A model generated the notes under the pieces. It was not told the origin of the DNA and did not search any database. It was given only the letters and a program-made list of their open reading frames with translations. 64,000 bases of DNA from Negaprion brevirostris (Eukaryota), in contig JARDVH010000073.1 of the NCBI GenBank assembly GCA_030324005.1, positions 31,919,317-31,983,316 on the forward strand, in the 5' to 3' direction. Positions 39,766 to 52,830 of this stretch are shown in pieces. The translations under genes and the position numbers were made by a program. How positions within the stretch are numbered: position 1 is the first letter of the stretch; each line of letters begins with the position of its first letter.

Positions 39766-41499
39766 GACACTGGTATATCTTCCCGTGCACCAACAAGTTC
39801 AAGTTCAACTCTGGTTTTTTGCATAGTCAATTTTTACTCTATAGCTCGTATTATTTTTTATTCATGGAATGTGGGTGTTGCTGGCTGGACCAGCATTTAT
39901 TTTTCATCCCTGGTTGACCTTCAACTGAGTGGCTTGTTAGGCCATTTTGGAGAGTCAACCACATTAGTCGAGAGCTAATCAAAAAGCACTCCATCAATCG
40001 GGGTATATTCTCCCACTCCGGCTTTTGAACTTTGCCTATGATCAAAAATAGGCTTAAATCAAAATCACTCTTGGGCCAAAATATACAAGTGCGTTTTTTA
40101 TTCCGTATTCTCTAATTTCATATGAATAGTCTTCATAGATTATCACAGGAAAATCCTCAGTAATTATCAACTCTTCTTTGGTTAGATGATTTGCAGACAA
40201 GAGGTATAATTACATATTTATTTAATTTAATAAAAGCAAAAGCCAAAAATGACAATTCTGAGTCACCCAAAAAAAGAATTCTTTTTGAATATGGATTATT
40301 TTTCATTTGGAGGAGGAACTTGTAATGCCATAAGTACATGGAACCATTCCACACGACTTTTTGTTAACAACAGTCAGGCTTAATCAAGCTACTTTTTAAT
40401 TCTAGGGAAGCTTTTCAATCTCTTTTGTAATTACTTCCCCTCTGCAAATTGGATCAAATAGCACAATTTTTAAAAAAAGCTAATCACTCACCTTTAAAAC
40501 AATATTATTTTATCAGTGCCTAGATTGCATGTATCACAAGGAAAATGGGCTGGTTCACTTCAAGGAAAACACTGCAGCACAAGACTGACACTTCCCCTCC
40601 CAAAAACAAATTTACAAGTCATGTCAGCTCTCATCGTCAAGACCTCCATCATCCAGTGTTTCCTTTCCTGTGCAAACCACACTGTGGTATAAATTTCACA
40701 TTCTAAGGCAGTCAAACACTTAAACCACAGCAAGAATATTGTCTGCAACAGCAAACAGCTGTGATGATACCGCAGTCACCACCTTCCTAGACATACTTCG
40801 GCTACACTGTAAACATAATGCAGACACAACAGATATAAAACTCTTACCGCTGCACTTGCAGTTACTGCGCTCGAATTCTTTCTCAGCAAATATGTGACAA
40901 CAAATTTCCACGTCTTAAGTTTACATACCACCAAAATAAAGGAATAATGCAGGATCAAGTTAAAACAAAGTAAAAGTGAATTCACCATTAAGAAACAAAA
41001 ATGACTTTATGATAAGATCAACCTAATTTTCCCAGGAAAATAATGTCCAAACCAGGAACTGAGTTCAGAGATGGAATGTGAATCCATTCATTTAATCTTA
41101 ACCAAAATTTAGGTTTGAAATTATTTTTATTTTCAAGTTACTAACAACATGTTTACAACCTTTTGTGGATTTCACACACATAGAGCAACTTGGGACTATA
41201 ATAATAAAATTAAAATAATTCATTATAATCACACCAATAAGAACAAAGCAAGTACAATTCTTTACAATAAACATGTCTGTCCAGCTGAGTCCCACATTGC
41301 TACATTAAAACTGAATCAAGTAGTAAATGTACTCCAATAATCAGTGCATATCACTATTCTGCTGCAGGTAGCCTGACAAACATTTCATTGAGAGCCTGAA
41401 GACAAGTGCAGCTATATGAATCAGTAGTATCTAAACAACACGATACTGTTGCGGTACAGGTGATAGAAAAATTACAAATACAAAATCAGTTATGGGGCA

Positions 41500-44067
41500 A
41501 AAACAGACATTGTTGCAGTCTGAGTTTAAAATATAGGCACATTATGGTATGGTGAGTGGTGCAATGTTGGATGACCTAGCATATTCTGGTTCATGGGGCA
41601 CTGATACTGGGGAAAGTGGGGTCTGTACTCTTGCAATAGTCTATGTCTAAACTGTGCTGGGGCCCATTTTAGAATGGGCCCCATAGCTAGCTAAGTGGAT
41701 AGGGTTTTAAACTAAATAATGGAGGGATTACATTTGGGAAAATGTGGTAAATCAAAGGTTAGAGTCAAGGCAAAAGAGAAAGGCATCATCATTTCTCACA
41801 TTAATCAGGCTATAACAGGAAGGGACTAAGAATACAGGGAATACAAATCTAAGAATAAATCGGCAGATAAGGCTAGACATTACAAAAATAATAGGACAAA
41901 ACTAAACACTCTGAATGCACGTAGCATTCAAAATGGATGAACTGATAGCACAACTAGAAATANNNNNNNNNAGCCATTACAGAGACATGGCTGCAGGATT
42001 GGATGAGAATATTGAATGGTACAAAACATTTAGGGATGACAGGAAGCCACAAAAAGGTGGAGGAGTAGCTCTTAATTACTAATGGTATTAGCGCATTAGA
42101 AAGGGATAATTTAAGTTCAATAAACCAGGATGTAGATCTGGTTTGGGTACAGATGAATAAAGATTTAGGCAAGTAGTTACTTGAGGGAGTGGTGTACAGG
42201 TCCCCTAACAGTAACCATATGGTAAGGCTAAGGAAGAAATTATGTCTGCTGTCACAAAGATACGGTGATAATCATGGGGGATTTTAATCTACATATACAA
42301 CAGAAAAATCAGATGGGCAAAGGTGGCCTTGTTGAAGAATTAGTAATATGTTTTAAGGATAGTTTCTTACAACAGCCAACCAGAGAGCATGCCAGACTAT
42401 AGATCCGATATTATGCAACATGATACGATTAATTAATTGCCTCATAGTAAAGGCATCACAGTTGGCAGTAATCACCATATGATTACATTCAGTTTAAGGG
42501 ACAGAAGACTGGGCCAAAGACTCATATTATAAACTTAAATAAGGGCAATTACAAGGGCATAGAATCTCTAGAATGCAGAAGGAGGCCATTTTGCTCATCA
42601 TGTGTGCACCAACTCTCTGAAAGAGAATCTTATCCATTAGATTGGATCCTTCCATTAAATTATTGATAAGTGAATAAAACTCCTTTCTTCAAAAGAGGGA
42701 GGCAAAGCAGAAAACTACAGGCCAGTTAGCTTAATATTTGTCATAGGCAAAACGTTGGAAACTATAGCAGGGCACTTGAATAAGTACTAGGTAATCGGGC
42801 AGAGTCAACATGGTTTAATGATGGGAAATCATATTTAAACAATTTATTGGAACGCTTTGAAGTAACACCTGCAATGGATGAAGGGATTAAGGGAAACTGG
42901 TGTATGAACTCTATTTAGATTTCCAGATGGAATTTGATAAGATGCTACATCAAATGTTATTTGTGAAAAATATAGTATAGGAGTTAACATATTGATGTGG
43001 ACAGAAGATTGGCTAATTAGCAGAATGCAGAGGTCTGGAATAAATGGGTCTTTTTCTGGATGACAGAATATAACGGGTGGTGTTCCATAAGGTTCGGTGC
43101 TGGTGACTCAACCTTTTACATCTTATATAAATGACTTGGATAAAGCGACTGACAATATTGTTGCTACGCTTGCTGGTGACACAAAGATAGGCAGAGCAGT
43201 AAGCTGTGAAGCGGACACAATAAGGCTGCAAAAGGATACAAGTAGTTTAAGTGAATGGGCAAAAATCTGTCAAATAGAATATGATGCAAGAAAAAGTAAA
43301 AATTTTGGCAGGGAAAAAAGGCACATCATCTAAATGGTGAGAGATTGCAGAATTCTGATCTAGGGGTCCTGGTGCATGAATCACAAAAGGCTAGTTTGCA
43401 GGTACAGCAAGCAACTAACAAGCTAATATAATGTTGTCATTGATAATGAGGGGAATTAATACAAAGGTAGAGAGGTAATGCTTCAGTTATACTGGGCATT
43501 GGGAAGACCAAATCTGGAGTACTGTGCACTGTACTGGTCTCTCCATTTAAGGAAGGATGTAAATGCACTGGAAGCAGTTCTGAGAAGGTTTATGCTTCCC
43601 CTTGCGGGAGAACCTAGAACTAGGGGGCCACTATGTAAAAATACGGGATCAACCAGTTATGACAGAGATGGGAAGATGTTTTTCCTCCCTCAGAGGATAG
43701 TGAATCTTTGGAAGGTAGTGGAGACAGAGTCCATGAAGATGTTTAAGGCAGAGCTCGATGAATTCTTGATAAGAAGGTGAANNNNNNNNNNNNNNNNNNN
43801 NNNNNNNNNNNNNNNNNNNNNNNNNNNNNNNNNNNNNNNNNNNNNNNNNNNNNNNNNNNNNNNNNNNNNNNNNNNNNNNNNCCCGCTTAGAAAGGATAGC
43901 AGGACTAGAGGGCATAGCCTCAAAACAAGGGGTGAAAAGTTTTCAGGGGTATGTAGGAATGTGGAATTGAAGTTACCTTATTCAGATCAAACATGATATT
44001 ATTGAATGGTGGAGCAGGCTAGAGAGGCCAAGTGGCCTACTGTTGCTCCTTATTGCTATGTTCTTAT
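41500..44067 (+). mobile_element. CR1 LINE relic (ORF1 end, EN, RT, 3' tail)
   Basis: AITETW (EN), IMGDFNL, ENYRPVSL, FTSYINDLD..AGDTKIG, LYWALGRPNLEYC; tail 'tggcctactgttgctcctt..atgttctt'. Confidence 0.88.
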
Positions 44068-44269
44068 ATACTGGGAATTAAAAAAAAAATTTTTTTGAGA
44101 TGCCTGGACTACAGCTGAAATAAAACTCACAGCGATGCAAATGATCATTATGAGAAACTCAGTGCTTTGGAAATCAATTAAATCTTTCCATTAGTTTCCC
44201 ACACTGCGTCCCTAATCCCACCAGTGAAATACAAAGTTAAAATAAATCTGGAACAAAGAATAAGTTGGA

Positions 44270-45075
44270 AGTATTTTATAAACTTACATTTTATAGTATG
44301 CTGTTAACAAAGCAAAACATCCAAGTTAGTTCCCAGAGGTCCAGGTGAACTATGAGCAGTAACAACAGAATGAGGAGAACAATGTAAAAATGGTCAAAGT
44401 GGTAGAATTTCATGAAGTTTTTGAAGTGAGATAGAAAATGGCAAGTTCAACAGAATTTAGGAGAACATGCCAAGCTAAGGGGTTAAAATGATTGAAGGAT
44501 CTGCCACTGAACCTGGATCTGAAGGTGCAAAGGAGGCCAAAATTGTATGGTTGAAAAAGGGATTGAAGGTATATTCTACCAGGTTCGGCTTAAGAAACAT
44601 TTGGGACAGGGGCTAGAACAAGCCCCTGTCAAGAAGGTGGCCTTTGTTTATTGAATTTCAAGTTATATAAACTTGCTCCTCCACAACCAGCTGTCGGACA
44701 ACATAGCAATAGTCAGTAAAGGTGCTGGATGTTATCAACATATATATATCAAAAGCTGATCCCGNNNNNNNNNNNNNNNNNNNNNNNNNNNNNNNNNNNN
44801 NNNNNNNNNNNNNNNNNNNNNNNNNNNNNNNNNNNNNNNNNNNNNNNNNNNNNNNNNNNNNNNNNNNNNNNNNNNNNNNNNNNNNNNNNNNNNNNNNNNN
44901 NNNNNNNNNNNNNNTAGGCCAATGAGTACAAGGGTGTTTGTGAAGGGGAGTGTTATGGTGAGGACATGGGCAGAGTTTTGGATGACGGAATGTTCAGAGA
45001 GAGGAAATTGAGGGGCCAGCCAGGAGTGTGGTGGAATTGTCAAATCAGAGGTAACAAAAACATACTGAGGCAATT
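44270..45075 (-). mobile_element. Probable L2-type LINE fragment (contains gap)
   Basis: Similar to 4030-4500; 'caaatcagaggtaacaaaa' is a typical reversed L2 RT tail. Tentative. Confidence 0.4.
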
Positions 45076-48000
45076 TGTAGTAACCCTTTGAACCCAGTCA
45101 GGATCATCTATCCCATGATTCAAGCAGGGTGTGCACAGAATTATTTCACTTCAGGCAGTCTGCTTAACAAATAAAATACAAAGTTTGAAATAGATTCAAC
45201 ATAGACATATAAGGGACATATTTTACATAATTTCATAAATATGCTATATAATCAAATATGTGATTCAAAAATCAGCCTACGTTCATTAAATCATAATGAT
45301 AACTGAACTTTTCCTTCTACACCTACATTGATTCTGATGGAAGTAAATGGACTACTTTTTACATACATTTTCTCTTCCAATACTTTAAAATTAATCAAGG
45401 CCCCTACTAAATCTCAACACACCAGAAATTCTAAGATTACACGTCAGCACACTTGGACACAAATCACTATTGCACTTGGACCAGATTTTCCCTCCTATCA
45501 AGTATGGAGTGAGAGGTAGGTGAAGGCTCATCATAAAAGTGCCTGACACTCAAAAATCTCATCTGACTTAATTTCTCACCCCCACCAGATTAATAATAAA
45601 TGCAGCAATCTTGAAGCACAGAGTAGGGTACCCTATTTTAATATCCTTCTTACACACACTATCAAACTAAGTGGGCTGAAGTCTCATTTCGGAACATGTT
45701 GCAGCCTGTTCTAAAGTCTGGTATGCACAAAGATTATACATCAATTAACAGTTGCATATAATAGAACCACTACCCTCCCATTTATCTCTAGGAATTGGAA
45801 TGCAAACATCTTGGTACTGATGCGAGACATGGATGCCACACCGGTGTCATTTTAACAAAATACCTTGCGTTTATTGTGATGCTGGATTACAGCCTATGGC
45901 TCTCATTCAAAGTTGGCTCAGATCACGTGGGTGAGTCTTTTCACTTTTTAAAAACAACTTTAAAACCAGGAGTGTAGCACTGACACAAGGGCCCAGGTTT
46001 TCACTCATTTCTAATCTACTGAAAATGAAGCAATATCTGACCCAACCCTTCCCAGGTTAAACAGCTTGCCTCATAATCATTATTTATAATGAAACATGAA
46101 ATATAACCATTTAGGAGCAGAGGTTATTAAAAATGAATGTGGATCTGAATCCAAGTCAAATCAAGTGTCTCCAAAAGAAGGATGAGAAAGAGGAAGTAGA
46201 AAGGAAGGAAGAGAGAAAATAACTTGTTTAAAAGGGATTTTAAAAACAAGAGCACATTCTAATATTCAACCCATTGACCAATTATAAAAATAACCTAATG
46301 AACTAGAAGTGCAGATTTAGATCATATTTCCAAAACCTTTGTATTAACCAATTGAACATAGAGCGCTTTTGGATACAACCGTCGGTTAAAAGAGGTAACT
46401 GCTGTTTCGATTTTGCCTTTTAATTCATAGTTCACCCTACAAGTCAAAAACAATTGTTGAAGAGATCTGTCTCACTCCACTTCCACCACCACCCCACAAC
46501 CCCTCTGGGAATTTGGCCATCTTAAAAATATGTCAAATCGAGTTACACACTGCCGACACACAATATCGAACAGCCCTTCAACTGCCTGAGCAGTAAACCT
46601 CCTCCCCAAATCAATTTGTATTCAACTCAGTATTCACTAAAGTCAAGGTTACAACCTTTGAATCTTCTCTGCTTGACTAAATGGAAGCCTTGTGTTTCAT
46701 TATTCCCCACAGTAGGCAGTGCAAGCTGCCACTCACCGATAGAATTTTACCCAGTCTAGACAGCTAAAAACAACCTTCTTTTTAGCTGGACTTTGTAGTC
46801 TGTCATCAGAGGAAAAGACAGCCTCAATTTCAGGATTAGGATGTAAAATGAAGCATTCTCCGGATACTGATTCTCGGTTCCCATCTAATACAACAAACAA
46901 GGGGAAAAAACCCTCTGTTTCCCTCTGACTTTGTGCGCAGCTCTTTATCAAGCAAATTACTGTGTGAACCTACTCAGTACCTCACTGAATGTAAAGAGGC
47001 TGCAACCTCAGACTACACAAATGGCTTTGTCTTACTGAAAGAAATCCAAGTACACCATATGAGCAAATGTCTACAACAGTTCTCAGTAAGCTGATGAATC
47101 AAGATGGATGACAGTGTAGAATCAGTAACTGAAAGCAAAAAAAAGGCACCTTTTAATTCCTTCTCCTTCACACTCTTCCTGTACACTTTTCCCAGAAGCA
47201 ACTTAAAACCCAAAATATGTTGGTGATCCTGCTCCACAGGTAGGACATAAGCAGAAACTACACAACAGCAGCAGAGAATTAACACAAGGAGGATTAAGGC
47301 TTTACAATCACAATCTCACCCCAGGTTACCACAACTTAATTATTTTGTTGAGAGTCACAAGTTCATTTCCTGAGTACAGGAGAAGCCATTTTCACGTAAA
47401 CCTGAATGCTGGTTAACAAAAACAAAACTCAACATTACCAAACTGGAGATTATCTATCCAAGGTTCAACTCCTCTGAAAAAACAAACAAATGTTTTCTAT
47501 TATTGCCAGCTCGCCCCTCTCCCAGAGCTTACTTTCCCATTCTCCAAACAATTTCATAATTTCCTAGGTTCCAGGAAGCCAGACTAGTGTAAAAAAAATC
47601 CCCATCACAATTGATTTTTTCCTATCTTCACCTTGGCTGCCCACAACCACAGCTGATAGAACCAAAATGTCTCCACATAAATGTAAAATTAAGACATGAA
47701 TTTGAATACAAGTTCCCTGGTCAGGAGCACAAGCAATTGTTAAGGATTTTGTGCAAACATAAGTTTACGGAATGCAGAGGTCAAAATGCAACATTGCAGC
47801 AATGCTTTTCACAATACTGAACTGTGTAAAAACCAACCTTTATAAATACAGCATTAAAAATCTGATTAAATATCTGTCTTAAAATAATTATTAATGTTTA
47901 TGCATTCTGGATCCTCCCAACACCAGCCCTATATTAAACTTTCTTACATCATGTAACATTCTTGATGCCAATTTGTCAGTTGAAATCAGAGACTAGTGAA

Positions 48001-50416
48001 GTGGATGAAAGCACCTCGGTTGACTCATCCCCAATATCACTTTGCGGAAGCACCAAGCTCCAACCTGCATTGGCCAACAACATTTTTTTAAATATAGGAA
48101 ACCATATCTCAAGATTCTGACAATGCTTTAGGTACGTCAATGCATCATACCATTGGATTGCCTTACTTAAGGGAATTTCAAACATTTTAAAATTCTAATG
48201 GAGACAACTTTCAAGAACTATAAAAGGCTTGTAAATTTTCTCTGCAAGTTGCATAATTCAGAAAGCTGCAACTTTAATACAATATTAATTTGGGAAATTA
48301 TCATGCCCCCTCAAAAATAGAATGTCTAACCTAGCTGGGTACAGTCCAGAAGTCTATCCCACTGTAAATTTATTTTTCTAATAAGTACATCCAAAAGAAA
48401 ACCTTACATACACCAAGTTAGTTTCAAAGCAGCTCAACTACATTGGATCAAAATCAGTTTGACACTATTCAAGGTTTTGACTTCATGTATGCTTACAACT
48501 GCAGATTAATAGCATTACCTAGTTATACTTTACAGGAAGCATCAAGTAATGATTTTGGAAGAAAATTGGTGAAATTACACTTATATCAATTTCAGGTATT
48601 TAAAACATTGCTTATGGCAAATGCGTCCAAATATATTTAGATGTAGAAAAATGAGGCTTTCATGCTAGACGAAAGATGTCAGCAGCCGCAATCGTATCGT
48701 AGTTTACCAGCAGCAACCAACTGTGAATAATGACAAACCAGACTGCCAAGTTGCAGGCTGCTTTGCCCACTGTACACTGCCAGATAAACTGGGAACAAAA
48801 GCATCCTGCTGCACCTCCCGCTGCTCTCCATTAACCCCTGCTGCTGCTTATTATCTCCTCGGGGCCCCAGTACTACAGCAGCCATCTCCAATGCCATGCT
48901 TCTTAATGAATGTGTCTCTGCTGATGTAAACAGACTGCATCTGCACACCATCCACAGAATTGGTTACTAGGCAATCCAAAGGTCAAAGATAGGGGAATCT
49001 GCATTCACAGAAAAGTGCAGGGCTTTTTAAAAAAAAAGTCTGAAAGAATCTGGGCTAAACATAAAGGCCAGCTTGTAGTTGCTATACCTTCAAGTGTCTG
49101 ATGATATTAGATCTGGCAAAATAAAGACTTAACACAATCTGTCTGGGGATCTAAATCCACTACACATTATTTAGCACAAGAGGTGCTTTAAAACATTTTG
49201 AAAATTGCCATTAGCAGCACAATATTTTAGCCTTCTAACAAGCTGTCCACAAAATAGTGAAATGCAAATTTGCTCCCAACTTCCACTGGCCGAGCTGAGA
49301 TTAAGTGTGTGAACACAGGAAGGAAGAAATGATGGTAGGGAAACAGGACCGGGAGCCTAGATCTGGCCGGGATAAAAGACTACCAATTTATCTTGAGTAA
49401 GAGATGAAATTTTGTGAAAAAGCAAGAACATTTTGTTTTGAAAGATATATTTGAAATTATGTTGGAGGCTGGGATGCAGGGCAGGAAACTAATCTCTATT
49501 GTTGCCACATCAATGGAGGGTAATATAACAATGTGGTGACTACAACATGTTAATAATACACTCAGAGGACAGAAGACAATTGAATTATCTACATGCAGTC
49601 TGTCTAAACCTCTGGTAGAGGAATATATTGCAACAAAGCTTTGAGAAAACAAAGTGAGGTTTCAAGTTTCCATTATAGGTGCTTTAAAATGTTTCTGCAT
49701 TAGTGGCAGGAGTATGTTGCATGCAATTTATACACAACATTGTGGTCAAAAAGACAATATAAGCAGATTAAAATGATGTGAAAATATAGGAAAAGCAAGC
49801 AAACAGGATCACATCTTAATGCAAATTTTTAATCAGCATCTTACTAATGAACCAAACTTGAATGAGTTGAACTTTGTAGCAGTTCTGTACTAAAGATCAC
49901 TCCCCTCCTTTCCACACGTCGCAATAATCCTTCACCCACTTAAAGAAAGCTGGATATAATTGTTGAATTGTTAATCATGAAGTGTGATCTTTAAAGCTGT
50001 GATTGTAGACATATTTTTCTCATCAACTGAAGATATTCAGTTAAAACGCTTTTAACACTGATGCTTTTCCAGGAAGATTTTGTTTCACCAAATGTAAGAA
50101 ATCCGTCTAAAGCAAACTTACTTTGAACATAATTCCAACAGAAACTGCCAAGTTTTAAAAGCAAACAGCGTCTTTCTCCATCCCATAAGAGATGCAGTAT
50201 ATAAAAACATGACTTTGACCATTATGAATTCTGAGTCGTAATCACATTCCTTGCCATTATTATGTTCAAAATAAGGCATCTGGTCAGCAATGGTCTGTCA
50301 AGTTAAAATGATCACTTGAGGACACGACTTATTTTTTATTGCACCAGTGTGAGATAAAACACCATTTTCTCATTACAATCGACTTGTGAAAGCAGTGGTC
50401 TCCAACTATTTGGGCA

Positions 50417-50670
50417 TAAGAACATAAGAAATAGGAGCAGGAGTAGGCCATCTAGCCCTTCGAGCCTGCCCTGCCATTCAATAAGATCATGNNNNNNNNN
50501 NNNNNNNNNNNNNNNNNNNNNNNNNNNNNNNNNNNNNNNNNNNNNNNNNNNNNNNNNNNNNNNNNNNNNNNNNNNNNNNNNNNNNNNNNNNGCATCCCAT
50601 TCGCCTTCCTGACCACCTGCTGCACCTGCAGGCTGGGTTTTTGCGACTCATGCACAAGGACCCCGAGGAA
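50417..50670 (-). mobile_element. CR1 3' end fragment
   Basis: 'taagaacataagaaataggagcaggagtaggcc...ccattcaataag'; LGVLVHESQK..VQQVVRKANGM on minus. Confidence 0.85.
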
Positions 50671-50714
50671 CAGCTCATCTGCTAAAGGGAACAAGGAAGA
50701 ACCTATCTGACTAT

Positions 50715-51100
50715 CTCTGATTTGATTTATTATTATCACATGTATTGGGATACAGTGAAAAGTATTGTTTCTTGCACACGATACAAACAAAATATACCGT
50801 TCATATATTACATATGAGAGAAGGAAAGGAGAGGGTACAGAATATGGTATTGCAGTCACAGATAGGGTGTAGCGAAACATCATATGATTATATGGTAGGT
50901 CCATTCAAAAGTCTGATGGCAGCAGAAAAGAAGCTGTTCTTCAGCTGGTCGGTATGTGTTATTAGACTTTTGCATTTTTTTCTCGATCGAAGAGAGTATG
51001 TCTGGGATGCATGGGATCCATGATTATGCTGGCTACTTTTCTGAGGCAGCAGGAAGTGTAGATAGAGTCAATGGATGGGAGGTTGGTCTGTGTGGAGACA
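50715..51100 (-). mobile_element. Rex1 3' fragment
   Basis: Reverse complement of the Rex1 tail seen at 13380-13727 and 38600-38955 ('gatttattattatcaca...cagtgaaaagtattgtttcttgc'). Confidence 0.8.
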
Positions 51101-51826
51101 GGACTGAATAATACTAGTGGGGCAGAATGGGCTCCTTCTATATTGTAACCATTTGTATGACATGAGCAATGGGCTATACAAAAGGCTATTTTTATTAGCT
51201 TTTAAATAAACTCACCTGTGGCATCCATAGATGTAATTTTTAGAAATTGTAGAGTGGAACTATTTGTGTTATTGAAACTTTAACACATCATTACTCATAA
51301 GAAGTGAGAATATGACTATACATGCAAGCTTTCTGTAGTTGTTTCTTAAGAGACAGATGCTCACTGGTACCGGAAAAGAGAAGGTTTAATTATTTAAATA
51401 GCTTTTAAAATTATGAGTTAATTATGAAGTTGGAAAATTTCAATTGTTAATTTAAATAAATTTTACTTCAGACATAAAGCAAAATGTTTTTTGGTCATTA
51501 TTATTTGGCATAACACCTAACCCAGTGAATAAATTTTATACAAGATGCACAAAGCATGGTGGATTGGGACGTGAATGAAACTGAGCTTACAAAAGAGAGA
51601 TTCCAGACATAAGATGGCATTATCCTCAATATTTACTTATCCATAGTGGCTGGACTAGTTTCAAGAGAACAGAATTGAACATCTTGAAAACAATTTGCTC
51701 TGATGTACACAAAAGAAAAAATCTGGCCTTAAATATATCCAAATTCCTTAAACATTTCAACTGGAATGTTTAACAAACATATACATCAATAGTGACTTAA
51801 TATTTTAACTCAAGTTACATACAAAC

Positions 51827-51998
51827 CTCTATCTTGTCAGTTTTAGCATCTCCCCAGTACATCTTTCTTTCCTTGTAGTCCAGGGCTAAACCATTTGGCC
51901 AGCCCAAAGAAGTGTTAACAAGGATAACTCTGTCTGATCCATCTAAAGTAGCACGTTCTATCTTTGGAATCTCACCCCAGTCCGTCCAGTACATGTAC
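51827..51998 (-). CDS. LRP6: LRP6 exon 7
   Basis: [57 protein letters not shown]; aatcag|GT ... GAG|gtttgt; 172 nt. Confidence 0.98.
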
Positions 51999-52419
51999 CT
52001 GATTGGAAGAAATAGAGATACAAATGTGGCATTGGCATTGTTACAGGATGCTTGCTACAAATTATATTCTGACTTCAAACACATCTACACAGTTGCAACA
52101 ACTAAGAAGAGATTTGTGGTTGAAAGCCCAAGAAGTTCAAGTATAAAACTGCCTTTTCTCCAGATTGCTTGTGTCAAACTTGGGAGGTGTAATGCTACTT
52201 TACATAGTAAAAGTTCACAGCAGAGTACCATTAGGCTTTATGAAGTCTCATACAAAATAAAATAAAATTGTTTCTTTAATGTTGGCATAATTTTCTCCCT
52301 CTATCAGGAAGAGCTTTTAATCTAAAGAGCACAAATTAATTTAATGCAGAGATGCAACAAGTGGACTTCAGCAAAAATGTTTTTCTTAAAATATGTAAGA
52401 TATCTTAAGTAAGTTCTTA

Positions 52420-52830
<411 letters not shown>

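Noticed and set aside
40485-40520. Strong minus-strand donor AAG|gtgagt at 40490
   Set aside because: No convincing paired acceptor, and stops occur in the exon-8 frame; isolated consensus donors are expected in a 17-kb intron.
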